DNA from: an uncultured Verrucomicrobiae bacterium
Lineage (GTDB): Bacteria > Verrucomicrobiota > Verrucomicrobiia > Chthoniobacterales > JAFAMB01
Reading direction: 5' to 3'
DNA: 64,000 bases
NCBI GenBank assembly: GCA_963782115.1
Contig: CAWAIK010000001.1
Location: 96,001-160,000, forward strand
The notes beneath the pieces are model-generated. The model worked only from the letters and a program-made list of their open reading frames with translations. It was not told where the DNA came from and ran no database searches. A program made the position numbers and the translations under genes. Positions 1-11,262 of this stretch are shown in pieces; the stretch's first letter is position 1, and each line of letters begins with the position of its first letter.

Positions 1-578
1 TGCGTATGCTTTGAATTCTCCGAGATCCTTAATCCCCATTAGCGATCGGGATTCGGAACTCAGAAACTGCGCGAATGCTATTCTTAACCATTCCGAGAGA
101 AAGAGCGAAACAGACTCAACCTGTTTTTTCGGCACCTGTTCCTCTGCGTTCCTGCGTTCTGTCTCAACTGCTAGATCGAGTCTGCGCAGAGTCTCTGAAC
201 TTCTCAGATAAAATTCTTGGCCAGGCTTTGACTTGAAATTGATTGCCAGACTCGATCGCCCGCATCAGGCTGGCGTGCGCCCTCTCTTCGATCTCTTCCA
301 ACCTTGCCAATGCGGCCGCGGCGCCTTTTGGTCCGATCGGCCCGAGTTCGATCAGGTTCAGGCGGTTCAGGATCGTGTTGCGATTCCTGCGGATTTGCGA
401 CAGGTGCGGCAGACGTGTTCTTTTTTTTCGATTTCTGAACTGTGTTCAGGTTCTGCCTGCGCTTTTTGCCAGACAGGAATTGCTGAATCGAATCGTCTGA
501 ATCGATGTCGCATTCTCGCGCAACCCAACGCCAAACGGTGGCAGGATGTTTCCCCAAGCAACGTCGAACCCCTGCCAT
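1..578 (-). pseudogene. Frameshifted phage/satellite gene, possibly a terminase-small-subunit-like HTH protein (runs off the window edge)
   Basis: HTH-like N-terminus LGKHPATVWRWVARECDIDS. Coding sense continues in other frames: LIELGPIGPKGAAAALARLEEIEERAHA, then QEFYLRSSETLRRLDLAVETERR...LSEWLRIAF. Lies next to an integrase remnant. Product call is by resemblance only. Confidence 0.35.
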
Positions 579-1003
579 CCGCTCGCAGATCGCAGACGAT
601 TCCGCACCCTCTCCATGCGGTTTGATCTCAGGGTGTCAGCAGAACCGCAGACGATTCGATCATTGCTAGATTGTACCGTTGCAGAAATAAAACCCGCCTG
701 CAGGCGCCTGGGACCGCGGGGGGCAAGCATGGCTCCAATCACAGTTTGAAAAAAAAGGATACTCCAGATGGAGTACCCTCAACTTCAGCTTCTCAAACCA
801 TCGAGGAGTCAGCAAAACTTCAGGTTCAAGCTGCGCTGCACTAATGCCCGCTGTCGAGTGATCGCCTGCTGCCGCTCACCCGATCGAGTTCACCTGCGTC
901 TCAAACGTTCCGCGGATCGAGAGGGGCCGCCTGAGTGCGCAGGATGCTGGAACGCTGCGCCGTCTGGGCTCCCCTGATGCGGGGGGTTGATCCTGGCTCG
1001 ATG

Positions 1004-1796
1004 TCACGCTGCCACCCCCATCGAAACCACGTTCGACGGCCCCGCAGGGCGCAGGGCGAACCATGCCTCGCCTTGTCCTGGTGAAATGTTTGGGTCTAAA
1101 TACGTTTGTCTGACCCGCTGTTCAGTGTCGCCCATCGATTTCGCAACCTGCGCTAACCCGCCACTGCTGACCCCGTATGACGCAAAACTATGACGCAAAG
1201 AATTTAGGTTTGTCCATGCCCTTCATGATGTCCTGCCCGAGCCATCCGTTTTTCGCTGCCCAGTTCAGCAGAGCGTGCGCGAACGTATAGGCGTTCCGTT
1301 GCGCTGAATGCTTTTTGCCGCCTGCGAAACTGTTGATCCATTTCGACAGTCCCGAGTAGGTCAGAGAGGTGACGGTTTCGGGTCCGAACTTCGACTCGAA
1401 CCGTTGCGCCCAGTATTTGACGGTCCGCAATCCTGCAGGGGTGCGGTTCATCGATTCCTGCCAGGTGCAATACTCGGCAACCAGTTCGAAAACCGTACCC
1501 TGTTTTTTAACCGAGAGAACGGTCTGTTTGTAAAACTCGATTGCCTGCCGGATGCCGGCATTCGATCCCAGCAGCGCACGCATTTCCTCAAGAAACGCCT
1601 GATCGGTCAGCGGCATCCGAACCGTATGGTTTGACGCTGAACGGTTCATCAGATCCGCAATCGCTTTGTTACCTTCTTCTCTGGTTTTGAAATAGAGAGT
1701 CTGCGGTTTGTTGTCGTCTGAGTATCGGGCGGGTTTGGTCAGGCGGAACAAGTTGCGAGGTTTGAAGTAGGAAAGTTTCATCACCCGCAATGGCAC
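1004..1796 (-). pseudogene. Tyrosine recombinase/integrase with an internal deletion
   Basis: 1188-1796 resembles an integrase core-binding domain (RNAYTFAHALLNWAAKNGW). It joins out of frame at about 1204 to NSLRHSFASY...MGD...RQTY (box II and Tyr nucleophile). The first half of the catalytic domain is missing. Confidence 0.8.
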
Positions 1797-2050
1797 GGTC
1801 GTTATCCGAAACCCTGTAACAAATGTACCAAAAAAGATCGTTCCTTTGTAGTTTTAGTAGTTTTAGTAGCTTTGTTTTCCGCCTGCTGATCAATGCCTGC
1901 GGATCGAGCACCAGCGCAGTCCCGCAGGGGGAAAGCGGTTCAAGAATGGTCAAAGACCGCTTTTAGCGCAGCTGAGCGAAGTGCCCATATCTGGATTCAT
2001 ATGGGCCAAGCGAGCAACGCGGAAAAAAGCCAACTGGCCGCGGCCCGGAG

Positions 2051-2226
2051 GGTTGTGTTGAAAATGGGCCGACGGCTGCGTTGCTCGTCGGTTACGTCCT
2101 GCACCAGTTTTTGATAACCGCCGCGGAAAATCGGAGCGGCACAATTGCAAAAACTGGTGCGGGATGCTCCCTCCTACCGCCAGTCCGGCTCGGACCGCCT
2201 TGCCGACGGCCCATTTTGAACGCAAC
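2051..2226. mobile_element. MITE-like palindromic element
   Basis: 25-bp imperfect terminal inverted repeats GTTGTGTTGAAAATGGGCCGACGGC / GCCGACGGCCCATTTTGAACGCAAC (22/25), plus an inner IR GCACCAGTTTTTG (2101-2113) / CAAAAACTGGTGC (2148-2160). Confidence 0.55.
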
Positions 2227-2259
2227 GACGTCACCATTATATGCGAGACGGTACACTAG
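2226..2259 (+). mobile_element. Orphan IS630-family right end
   Basis: CGACGTCACCATTATATGCGAGACGGTACACTA is nearly identical to 39237-39269 and similar to the right end of the complete IS630 (TTATGCGACAGTACACTA, 52071-52088). Confidence 0.55.
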
Positions 2260-2418
2260 AGAGAGCGCGCGTCCTGTCCCTTTCGCGATAGGGCTCTAGC
2301 CCTCTCTTCCGAAATCGTGTATAAGGCTTGGGGCTATGTTTCTGCCCTTTCGGCCGCATACACAATGTGCTCAGCGCAACATTCTGACAGCAACAATGGC
2401 GGTTTTTTTGTAAAATGT

Positions 2419-2470
2419 TTGACATGTAGCTAGCACGTGTTAGAAAACGTCAATATATAACACGAGCTAG
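2419..2470 (+). promoter_or_regulatory. Putative promoter with two LacI-type operators for the galactoside operon
   Basis: TTGACA at 2419-2424. Two near-palindromes with central CG: CTAGCACGTGTTAG (2430-2443) and ATAACACGAGCTAG (2457-2470). A LacI gene ends the operon. Confidence 0.55.
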
Positions 2471-2580
2471 TTGCGTGTGCCATAGATTGACCAAGGGGTT
2501 GTAGTAGACCCTCCCGCGATGTGTGCTCGCATCCTGTCAGACAAACTTCTCCCCCCCGAAACATGGCCAGCAGAACACGG

Positions 2581-3504
2581 ATGGCGGCTGAATCATTGAC
2601 GGTGCCCCAAAGTGGAGTTCGCACGCCACGAAGATTGGTCGATAACGAAGCTTTCTGCGGCCTTCTATTTGTTGGCCCAGCCCTGGTCGGTTTCACGCTG
2701 TTCTATCTTCTGCCGACGATCCGCGCTTTCTATTTAGGTTTAACGAACTGGAACCTCTTGCGTGCGCCGAAGTTCCTGGGCTTCGACAACTATGTCCGAC
2801 TGTTTGGCGACGGAAAGTTCTGGAGCTCGATCTGGATTACAGTGCTTTACGTTCTTTACAACATCCCTGTTCAAACCGTTCTCGGCTTGCTGATCGCTGT
2901 TCTTCTAAAGCGGCTAACCGGTTCGGTCGTCATTCGCTCGGTGATGTTGGCCCCGTTTCTGATCTCGAACGTCATCGCCGCAATGATCTGGTGGTGGATG
3001 TTGGATCCAGTTCTCGGTTTCGTGAATTTCCTGCTGCAGGCGATCGGCCTTGGGAGCCACGCATTTTTCAGCGATGAACAGTTCGCGTTGCCCACCATTG
3101 CCGCCATTAACGTTTGGCGCTACACAGGTTACACGGCTTTGTTGTTCTACACCGGCCTCCAATCGATTCCGGAACACCTTTACGAAGCGGCTCGCATTGA
3201 AGGCGCCTCACAGTGGAGAATGTTTCGATCAATTACGCTCCCTCTCCTGCGACCGACGGTGGTGTTTGTCCTGGTGACGAGCGTGATTGGTTCATTTCAA
3301 ATTTTTGATACGATTGCGGTGACTACCCAAGGCGGTCCAGGCACAGCCACTCGTACGATCGTTTGGTACATCTACCAGGAGGCGTTCATGAGTATGCGCA
3401 TGGGATATGCTTCGGCGATGTCGACCGTCCTGCTATTTGGCTTAGTACTCGTCACCCTGGTGCAAATGCGTGTGCTGCGCTCGGGAGAATCAGACTTGGG
3501 TTAA
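2581..3504 (+). CDS. Carbohydrate ABC transporter permease (start uncertain, 2563 or 2581)
   Basis: Multi-TM protein with EAA loop LYEAARIEGASQWRMFRSITLPLL. Confidence 0.93.
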   Translation: MAAESLTVPQSGVRTPRRLVDNEAFCGLLFVGPALVGFTLFYLLPTIRAFYLGLTNWNLLRAPKFLGFDNYVRLFGDGKFWSSIWITVLYVLYNIPVQTVLGLLIAVLLKRLTGSVVIRSVMLAPFLISNVIAAMIWWWMLDPVLGFVNFLLQAIGLGSHAFFSDEQFALPTIAAINVWRYTGYTALLFYTGLQSIPEHLYEAARIEGASQWRMFRSITLPLLRPTVVFVLVTSVIGSFQIFDTIAVTTQGGPGTATRTIVWYIYQEAFMSMRMGYASAMSTVLLFGLVLVTLVQMRVLRSGESDLG

Positions 3505-3509
3505 TACTC

Positions 3510-4400
3510 ATGGAAAGATCCAACCAAACTTTACCCATTGGCCGCTGGATTGGTTACGCAGCGCTGATTGCCTTTGCCATTATTTCACTCGGCCCGATCT
3601 GGATCGCGTTTAAAACCGCATTGACCGGTCCGAACGCCCTGTTCGCGAGTGGTGGCTCGATTCTCCCGCACGATACAACGCTCTTCAATTTCCAGAGGGT
3701 GCTCGGTTTTCTTGATCCCAATGATCCACGTCTGGCGCAGACCGGCTTGGCGAAGATTACTTTCTTCCGGGCGTTACTCAACAGTGCAATCTTCACGGCG
3801 ATGGCGGTCATTCCGCAAATCTTTTTCAGCGCCACCGCCGCTTACGCCTTCGCCAGGTTGCAATTCCCGGGGCGCGACATTCTATTTTTTCTTTTCATCG
3901 CGGCGACGATGATCCCAGCCATCGTTCTTTTTATCCCTAACTTCATCCTTATTCACGATCTGGGCTGGCTGAACACTTTTCAAGGGATGGCGGCACCCTA
4001 TGCATTAATGACACCCTTCGCCGTTTTTTTTCTCCGCCAAATGTTCCTGGCGACTCCGCGGGATGTTGAGGAAGCCGCACGTATCGACGGTGCCTCCTAC
4101 TTTTCAATTTTTTTTCGCATGATCCTGCCGATTCACGGGTCGTCTCTTGCTACGCTGGCCATCCTCACCACCGTGTCAACGTGGAACGAATTCTTTTGGC
4201 CGTTTCTTATCGGGCGCGACGAGTCGGTGCGCGTGATGGCTGTTGCGATCAACGCCTTCCGGACGCAGCAGCAATCCGGTGTTCCGGATTGGACCGGCCT
4301 CATGGCCTGCACGATTCTGGGGATCATCCCTATGGTCGCGCTCTTGGTCTTCTTCGGCCGAAAAGTGGTCGAATCGTTCCAATTCAGCGGCATGAAATAA
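3510..4400 (+). CDS. Carbohydrate ABC transporter permease
   Basis: EAA loop VEEAARIDGAS and WNEFFWP motif. ATG lies just after the previous stop. Confidence 0.93.
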   Translation: MERSNQTLPIGRWIGYAALIAFAIISLGPIWIAFKTALTGPNALFASGGSILPHDTTLFNFQRVLGFLDPNDPRLAQTGLAKITFFRALLNSAIFTAMAVIPQIFFSATAAYAFARLQFPGRDILFFLFIAATMIPAIVLFIPNFILIHDLGWLNTFQGMAAPYALMTPFAVFFLRQMFLATPRDVEEAARIDGASYFSIFFRMILPIHGSSLATLAILTTVSTWNEFFWPFLIGRDESVRVMAVAINAFRTQQQSGVPDWTGLMACTILGIIPMVALLVFFGRKVVESFQFSGMK

Positions 4401-4433
4401 CCCTTCAACAAAAAACAAACAACTATCTTATCT

Positions 4434-5741
4434 ATGTATCGCTTCAGAGTATTGCTGTTTGCCACCTCACTGTTAGCAGCTGTCTCCGCGCGCGCAGCGA
4501 CAGAGATCAACTATTGGCTATGGGATGTCTTGCAACTACCCGCTTACCAAGCGGCTGCTGCCGCCTTTGAAAAGGCGAACCCAGATATTAAAATAAAGAT
4601 TACCCAGACCTCTTGGAGTGACTACTGGACGACCCTCAGCACGGGCTTTGTCTCCGGAACCGCTCCGGACGTTTTCACGGATCATCTGGCGCGATATCCG
4701 GAGTTTGTCGAGAATGATTTGTTAGTCGACATCGCACCCTTGATTAAGCGTGACAAGGTACCCACCAACATTTACCTCGGCGGCCTCTACGAACTCTGGG
4801 GTAAAGGCGGTAAACAATACGGTTTGCCCAAGGATTGGGACACGATCGCCCTGATTTACAACAAGGCGATTCTGGAGAAGGCCGGCGTGGATCCGAAAGA
4901 TCTAAACGATTTAACCTGGAATCCGAAAGATGGGGGATCATTCGGTCAGTTGATCGCGAAGCTTTCCGTGGACGAAGCGGGCAACAATGGATTGTCCCCA
5001 AATTTCAACCCGAAGAAGGTGAAACAGTATGGACTTCTGATCGATGGCGCGCCGGATGGATTCGGTCAGGTTGAGTGGAGCCATTTTGCGGTCTCGAACG
5101 GATTCAAGTTTCACGACGGGCCTTGGGCAAAGGGATTTCACTACGACGACCCGAAGCTGGCGGAAACTCTGCAATGGATCGCCAACACCATGAAGAAAGG
5201 CTTCATCGTGCCGGCCAAGGATGCTCGGCAACTCGGAGCAAACAGCTTTTTTGCAGCGGGCAAAGGGGCATTGGCGCTGACCGGCTCCTGGATGATCAAT
5301 TGGTATGCCGACAACGCAAAATTCGATAAGGGTTTCGCCCCGTTACCAAAAGGTCCGGATGGTCGCAAAACGATGTTTAACGGCTTGGCAGATTCGATCT
5401 GGGTCGGCAGCAAGCATAAGGAAGAAGCGTGGAAATGGGTGAAGTTCCTTGGCTCAGAAGAAGGGCAGATGATCATCGCCGGATACGGAGTTGTCTTTCC
5501 AGCGGTTCAAAGCGCCGCCAAGAAGGCGGAGGAAGTCATGAGCAAGAAGGGGATGGATGTATCACCGTTCCTTGCGGAAGCAACGGACCCGCATGGAACG
5601 TTTCTCTTTCCAATTGCCGACCACGCTGCAGATGTCCTCCGCATTACGAAAATCGGGATGGATGCTATCCTATTGAATGGCGCCGATGCCGCTTCCACGA
5701 TGAAGAAGGCCAATAAGGAAGTGAACGAGCTGTTTGAATAG
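4434..5741 (+). CDS. Sugar ABC transporter substrate-binding protein (family 1)
   Basis: Signal peptide, FEKANPDIKIKI, GTAPDVF, YGLPKDWDTIALIYNK. Confidence 0.92.
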   Translation: MYRFRVLLFATSLLAAVSARAATEINYWLWDVLQLPAYQAAAAAFEKANPDIKIKITQTSWSDYWTTLSTGFVSGTAPDVFTDHLARYPEFVENDLLVDIAPLIKRDKVPTNIYLGGLYELWGKGGKQYGLPKDWDTIALIYNKAILEKAGVDPKDLNDLTWNPKDGGSFGQLIAKLSVDEAGNNGLSPNFNPKKVKQYGLLIDGAPDGFGQVEWSHFAVSNGFKFHDGPWAKGFHYDDPKLAETLQWIANTMKKGFIVPAKDARQLGANSFFAAGKGALALTGSWMINWYADNAKFDKGFAPLPKGPDGRKTMFNGLADSIWVGSKHKEEAWKWVKFLGSEEGQMIIAGYGVVFPAVQSAAKKAEEVMSKKGMDVSPFLAEATDPHGTFLFPIADHAADVLRITKIGMDAILLNGADAASTMKKANKEVNELFE

Positions 5742-5750
5742 TTGAAACTA

Positions 5751-7067
5751 ATGAGTCACTCACGAAGGAAAATCACGTTTATCGGCGCTGGGAGTACTGT
5801 TTTCGCAAAGAATCTGATTGGCGATATCCTATCCTTTCCGGAGCTTGCAGACTCCTCGATTTGCTTATTCGATATCGACGAGAACCGTCTTAAAACGTCT
5901 GAGGTCGTTGCAGGGCGGATCGCTCAGACGCTAGGCGTTGCGTCGACTGTGGAAGTGACAACCGACCGCGCGCGTGCTCTCGAGGGTGCTTCCTATGCGA
6001 TCAATATGATCCAGGTCGGTGGCTACCGCCCTTGCACAGTCACCGATTTCGAGATTCCGAAGCGGTACGGTCTTCGTCAGACTATCGCCGACACCCTTGG
6101 AATCGGTGGAATCATGCGCGCGCTCCGGACGATCCCGGTGCTGATCGATATGTGCAAAGACATGGAACGACTCTGCCCACAGGTCGTTCATCTGAACTAC
6201 GTTAATCCGATGGCGATGAATTGCTGGGCGTTAAGCGAAGCCACCAGCGTGCGGACAATAGGTCTCTGCCACAGCGTCCAGCATACCGCGGGTGAACTTG
6301 CAAACGATATCGGGGTGCCGGTCGAGGAAATCAATTATGTCGTCGCCGGAATCAATCACATGGCGTTCTACCTGAAGTTTGAGCGCAATGGACAGGATCT
6401 CTATCCGGAAATTCGCCGCGTTGTGGCGGAGGGTCGAGTGCCCGACGATAACCGTGTCCGATACGAGCTATTTACCCGGCTGGGCTATTTCGTCACCGAG
6501 TCCAGTGAACATTTCTCTGAATACGTCCCATGGTACATCAAGCGAGGTCGGGAGGACCTGATCAAAAAATTCAATATCCCGCTTGATGAGTATCCTCGAC
6601 GCTGCGAATCGCAACTAGCGGAATGGGAAAAGCAGCGAATTGATCTGGAAAATTGGGATCGACCGCTGGAAATTCGGCGAAGCGTCGAGTTCGGATCGTT
6701 GATCATCCACAGCCTGGAGACTGGTTTTCCTAGAGTCGTTTATGGAAACGTGGCCAATCAAAACCTGATCGAAAACCTGCCTCACGGCTGTTGCGTCGAG
6801 GTTCCATGTGTCGTGGATAAAAACGGAGTGCAACCCATTCGGATCGGGCGAATCCCAACCCACCTTGCCGCGCTCATGCAAACGAACATCAACGTGCAAG
6901 CGCTGACCGTAGAAGCCATTCTGCAGCAAAATCCGGAGCGAATTTATCAGGCCGCGATGCTGGATCCGCATACGGCCGCGGAACTTGATCTCGATCAAAT
7001 CTGGGCGCTCGTGAACGATCTGCTGGCCGCTCATGGCGCGTGGATTCCGGAAAAGCTGCGAAGATGA
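5751..7067 (+). CDS. melA: Alpha-galactosidase, glycoside hydrolase family 4
   Basis: [15 protein letters not shown]-binding start, [41 protein letters not shown]. Confidence 0.92.
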   Translation: MSHSRRKITFIGAGSTVFAKNLIGDILSFPELADSSICLFDIDENRLKTSEVVAGRIAQTLGVASTVEVTTDRARALEGASYAINMIQVGGYRPCTVTDFEIPKRYGLRQTIADTLGIGGIMRALRTIPVLIDMCKDMERLCPQVVHLNYVNPMAMNCWALSEATSVRTIGLCHSVQHTAGELANDIGVPVEEINYVVAGINHMAFYLKFERNGQDLYPEIRRVVAEGRVPDDNRVRYELFTRLGYFVTESSEHFSEYVPWYIKRGREDLIKKFNIPLDEYPRRCESQLAEWEKQRIDLENWDRPLEIRRSVEFGSLIIHSLETGFPRVVYGNVANQNLIENLPHGCCVEVPCVVDKNGVQPIRIGRIPTHLAALMQTNINVQALTVEAILQQNPERIYQAAMLDPHTAAELDLDQIWALVNDLLAAHGAWIPEKLRR

Positions 7068-8098
7068 ACCCAACGCAAAATCCTCATCGGCGTTTTAATG
7101 CCCTTACCGGCGACTGGATTCTCGTTTCTCCACACCGCACCCAGCGGCCGTGGCAAGGCAAGCAAGAATCGGCGGCTCGGGATACACGTCCCGAATACGA
7201 TCCGAAATGTTATCTCTGCCCCGGGAACGAGCGCGCCGGCGGCGCAAAAAATCCGGTCTATACCTCCACCTACGTTTTTACGAACGACTTTGCCGCGATC
7301 ATGCCGAACGGTATCTCTTCGGTCGAAGGCACCGGGCTATTGCGCACCCAGTCTGCCTCCGGGACTTGCCGGGTAATCTGCTTTTCCCCTCGGCACGATT
7401 GGACCTTGCCCGTGATGCCCCACGACGCCATTCGAGGCGTCGTAGAGGTCTGGGCTAATCAAGCCGAAGAACTCGGCCGGAAGTATCGTTGGGTTCAGAT
7501 TTTTGAAAATAAGGGCGATATCATGGGCTGCTCAAATCCGCATCCGCACGGTCAGATATGGGCCAGCGACTTCCTTCCCAACGAGCCGGACAAAGAGGAT
7601 CGACAGCAGCTCGCTTATTTGTGCGAACAGGGATCACTCCTTTTGCTTGATTACCTCAAGCTCGAATTGGAGCAGGAAATACGCCTTGTCGTTCAGAATC
7701 ATGACTGGGTCGCGCTCCTGCCGTATTGGGCGACTTGGCCCTATGAAATTCTGCTTCTTCCCAGGCGTCCGGTGTTGCGGTTGCCAGACCTGCACGACTC
7801 CGAACGAGTCACTCTGGCAGAAATTCTTAAACGGCTTCTTACCCGGTACGATAATCTCTTTGAAATTTCTTTTCCCTACTCCATGGGTTGGCATGGGGCG
7901 CCGTACGGCGCTGGCGATTTTCGCCACTGGCAATTGCACGCGCACTTTTACCCGCCGCTCCTGCGCTCTGCTTCCGTTAAAAAATTTATGGTTGGCTATG
8001 AGATGCTCGCTGAAGCGCAACGCGATCTAACTCCGGAGCAGGCCGCGCAGACGCTCCGCGACCAATCAGAAATCCATTTCAACGAAAGGACGGCATGA
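7064..8098 (+). CDS. galT: Galactose-1-phosphate uridylyltransferase
   Basis: [18 protein letters not shown], active-site [22 protein letters not shown]. Confidence 0.97.
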   Translation: MNPTQNPHRRFNALTGDWILVSPHRTQRPWQGKQESAARDTRPEYDPKCYLCPGNERAGGAKNPVYTSTYVFTNDFAAIMPNGISSVEGTGLLRTQSASGTCRVICFSPRHDWTLPVMPHDAIRGVVEVWANQAEELGRKYRWVQIFENKGDIMGCSNPHPHGQIWASDFLPNEPDKEDRQQLAYLCEQGSLLLLDYLKLELEQEIRLVVQNHDWVALLPYWATWPYEILLLPRRPVLRLPDLHDSERVTLAEILKRLLTRYDNLFEISFPYSMGWHGAPYGAGDFRHWQLHAHFYPPLLRSASVKKFMVGYEMLAEAQRDLTPEQAAQTLRDQSEIHFNERTA

Positions 8099-9072
8099 AG
8101 ATCCTGGTCACCGGCGGAGCCGGCTACATCGGCAGCGTGGTTGTCGAACAATTAATTGCCCAGGGCGAATCGGTGGTGGTATTTGACGATCTCTCTCAAG
8201 GCCATCGTGCGGCGGTGCATCCGGAAGCGGTATTTGTGGAAGGGGATCTTGCGAATCGGTCGGCAATCGGGGCGGTTCTCACGCAGCATCGTCCCGACGC
8301 CGTGATGCACTTTGCCTCCAAGACCCTGGTGGGAGAGTCGATGCAAAAGCCGTTTCTATATATCGGCGACAATGTGACGAACGGCCTGAACTTGTTAAGC
8401 AGCATGGTCGAGCACGACGTTAAACGCTTCATCCTGTCGTCGACCGCCAATCTCTTTGATAAGCCGGAAAGGATGCCGATCGACGAAGCCGAGCGCATCG
8501 TCCCGGGAAGCCCGTACGGTGAATCAAAATACATTCTTGAACGCATCTTGCACTGGCTAGATCGCATTTGCGGACTGCGCTTCGCCTGTCTGCGCTATTT
8601 CAACGCTGCTGGAGCGAGCCCCACTCGAGGCGAGGACCACAATCCAGAGCTGCATCTCATTCCGATTGTGCTCGAGGTCGCGTCGGGCAAACGCGAAAAA
8701 GCCCTGATTTTTGGAACCGATTATCCGACGCGTGACGGAACCTGTGTACGCGACTACGTTCACGTACTGGACCTTGCCCAGGCGCATATTCTGGCGCTGG
8801 GCGCACTCGACGGCGGCAGTCGCTTCTACAATCTGGGTAATAGCGAGGGATTCACCGTCAAGGAAGTGATCGATGCCGCGCAGGAAGTAACCGGGAAGCA
8901 GATCCGTGCAGAGATCGGGCCGCGCCGTCCAGGTGATCCCGCAGTGCTCGTTGCCGCTAGCGACAAGATTCGTGCGGAACTTGGATGGGTACCACAGTTT
9001 CCGAATGTTCGCGGGATCATCGAAAGCGCTTGGCGCTGGCACCAGGCCAACCCGGCCGGCTACCCGAAATGA
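8095..9072 (+). CDS. galE: UDP-glucose 4-epimerase
   Basis: [40 protein letters not shown]. Confidence 0.96.
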   Translation: MKILVTGGAGYIGSVVVEQLIAQGESVVVFDDLSQGHRAAVHPEAVFVEGDLANRSAIGAVLTQHRPDAVMHFASKTLVGESMQKPFLYIGDNVTNGLNLLSSMVEHDVKRFILSSTANLFDKPERMPIDEAERIVPGSPYGESKYILERILHWLDRICGLRFACLRYFNAAGASPTRGEDHNPELHLIPIVLEVASGKREKALIFGTDYPTRDGTCVRDYVHVLDLAQAHILALGALDGGSRFYNLGNSEGFTVKEVIDAAQEVTGKQIRAEIGPRRPGDPAVLVAASDKIRAELGWVPQFPNVRGIIESAWRWHQANPAGYPK

Positions 9073-9096
9073 CTTCTGTGCGAATTTTTGGGAAAC

Positions 9097-10206
9097 ATGA
9101 AGCGACGAGTTACAACCCACGATATCGCTCGGGAAGCCGGGGTGTCGCGGACGACCGTTTCGCACGTCTTGAACAATCATCCGGGCGTTGCGCTGAACCC
9201 TAAAACTCGGGAGCGCGTTCAGACAACGGCCCGAAAACTGGGCTACGTTCCGAATTCAGCCGCCCAGATGCTGGTGACAGGACGGAGCCGGACGGTGGGT
9301 CTGATCCTCTCGCGTCCCGATCTGATTTCGGTCGATGCATTTGTGCCGTCCATGATTTATGGATTGAACGAGGTGTGCCGGGTGCGAGGATATCGCCTGT
9401 TGATGGATTCCATCCACGATTCGTCGGACATCGATTCGTACCTGGATTTGGCCAAAAGCCAGCGGATCGATGGATTGATTGTCATCAACCCGCGCGAAAA
9501 CGATGCAGCACTGCGAAAGGTCATCGACTCGAAGTTTCCTCTCGTCGTGTTCGGATCGTCCGGGCATCCACAGGAAAATTCTGTCGGAACCAAGGATGGT
9601 CAGGCTAGCTGCAGCGCAACGCGTCATCTGATATCCCTTGGACATCGGCGAATAGCTCACATCAGTTACGCGCCTCTCGTCTACAATCCGGCGCGGAAAA
9701 GGTTCGAAGGGTATCGTCTCGCCCTGAAAACCGCCAGAATTCGCTTCGACAAAAGGCTTTTCGCCGAAGGAGATTTCACCGGCGAAAGTGGTTACAAGGC
9801 GATGAAACAGATTCTCGCTTCAAAAGTTGCTCCGACGGCGCTGTTCGCCGGGAACGATACTCTGGCAATCGGGGCAATGATGGCTATTCGTGAAGCCGGC
9901 CTTTCCATCCCTGAAGATTTTGCGGTCGTTGGGTACGATGATATTCCGGGCGCGGCATTCGCCTACCCCCCTCTGACGACGATTTGCTCATACCCTTTTG
10001 AGCAGGGAAAAATGGTTGGAGAAGCTACCATTGCGTTGGTGGGCGGCAAAAAGATCGGAAGGCATCAAAGCGTCCTTCCACTCGAGCTAACGATCCGAGA
10101 ATCCTGCGGGTCCGCCCTCAAAAGCGCCAGGGGATGCATTGGGAATAGCCCAGATAGTGGAAAGAAAGTGCAGGAGCGCAACCCGCCGCCGGACACCTTT
10201 GGGTAG
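9097..10206 (+). CDS. LacI-family transcriptional regulator
   Basis: HDIAREAGVSRTTVSHVLN HTH, LGYVPN hinge, VVGYDD...PPLTTI. Confidence 0.95.
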   Translation: MKRRVTTHDIAREAGVSRTTVSHVLNNHPGVALNPKTRERVQTTARKLGYVPNSAAQMLVTGRSRTVGLILSRPDLISVDAFVPSMIYGLNEVCRVRGYRLLMDSIHDSSDIDSYLDLAKSQRIDGLIVINPRENDAALRKVIDSKFPLVVFGSSGHPQENSVGTKDGQASCSATRHLISLGHRRIAHISYAPLVYNPARKRFEGYRLALKTARIRFDKRLFAEGDFTGESGYKAMKQILASKVAPTALFAGNDTLAIGAMMAIREAGLSIPEDFAVVGYDDIPGAAFAYPPLTTICSYPFEQGKMVGEATIALVGGKKIGRHQSVLPLELTIRESCGSALKSARGCIGNSPDSGKKVQERNPPPDTFG

Positions 10207-10242
10207 GCGATGGGATCCGTGATATCCGACCTGTCCCGAATG

Positions 10243-10322
10243 TCGCTTCTAAATTAAGGGCTGTTTGGGATGGTTCTTCGTCACGAAGGGACAGGAGGAT
10301 TCAGAAGCCCAGGGTTTCAACC
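10243..10322 (+). repeat. REP-like family A copy, left part, split by an insertion (right part resumes at 11329)
   Basis: CGCTTCTAAATTAAGG...GAAGGGACAGGAGGATTCAGAAGCCCAGGGTTTCAACC resumes after the insertion as GGTTTCAACCCTGGGAAC. Related copies at about 11798-11881 (inverted), 26074-26130 (inverted) and 34572-34586 (core only). Confidence 0.7.
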
Positions 10323-10361
10323 CTGATCATTATACACAACTCGGAGAACCGGCGGATACCT

Positions 10362-11262
10362 GAAAGCATCGCTCGGTGGTGCCAACAAATACAGGCTGGA
10401 AGCCTATGCTATGCTAGATTGGTCTCCCGACTGTCTGCGCGATCTCGCAAGGACATCCTGACGCTTTGTCCGCGAACCCGCAGCAACGACGCGACGGCGT
10501 AAAGTAGCATAGGCTTCCAGCCTGTATCGAACCACCAACCGACTTCGATTTTTCCAGACAATCCGAAATCGTCGGCCCCGATAAGAACGCCAGCCAACCG
10601 TAGTCGACGCTCGATACAGGCTGGAAGCCTATGCTACTTTGCTCTCCGGACTGGCACGCGAGGTATGGAAATCCTTCCGCGTACCCGCCACGACATGAGT
10701 CACCGACCGGCTTTATGTTCAAAATGGATATGTACACAACATGTGTATATTGTGTTACTTCATGCAAAATTTCTTCGATCCCGAAGCCGATTTCCAGGTT
10801 TATCGTCGCAACCTTCCCCATCGCAGACAGGCAGGCGTCACCTATTTCGTAACTTTCCACCTGGCCGATTCGTTGCCCGCACAAAAGTTGGCAGCTTTAG
10901 AAGAACAACGAAAACTTTGGCTCGGCTTCAATCCGCCTCCTCACCACGAACGCCAAATCGAAGAGTATCATCGCAACTTCTCGACGCGTATTCATGAATG
11001 GCTTGATGGCGGCCATGGTGGGTGCGTTTTAGCGCGCCCGAAGATCTATCGACTAGTCGAAAGCGTTGGTGTGGCATCCGGAATCCTTTGATCACATTGT
11101 CAGAAGCGCCGCTCAACTGGAACGCTTCGAGCAATACATTCGAGACAATCCGAAATCGTTGCCCCCGGATAAGAACCCGAACCAACCGTAGTCGACGCTC
11201 GATACAGGCTGCAAGCAGATGCTTCCAGCCTGTATTTGTTGGCACCACCGAGCGATGCTTTC
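10362..11262. repeat. REP-like family B cluster around the RAYT gene
   Basis: Perfect 42-bp IR at 10362-10403 / 11221-11262. Core ATACAGGCTGGAAGCCTATGCTA at about 10390, 10505 (reverse), 10614 and, diverged, 11202. About 65-bp imperfect direct duplication at 10556-10623 / 11143-11210. Confidence 0.8.
10762..11191 (+). pseudogene. REP-associated tyrosine transposase (RAYT), internally deleted
   Basis: N-terminal RRNLPH...TYFVTFHLADSLP. After RLVES the C-terminal motif WHPESFDHIVR...FEQYIRDNP follows in another frame. The HUH segment is absent. Confidence 0.8.

Noticed and set aside
680..730. Lambda-like cos site upstream of the terminase-like gene
   Set aside because: Only vague similarity, not supportable without a search.
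1004..1204. Programmed frameshift giving a full integrase
   Set aside because: The joined product would still lack the first half of the catalytic domain.
1800..2050. tRNA or att site beside the integrase
   Set aside because: No cloverleaf or T-loop consensus found.
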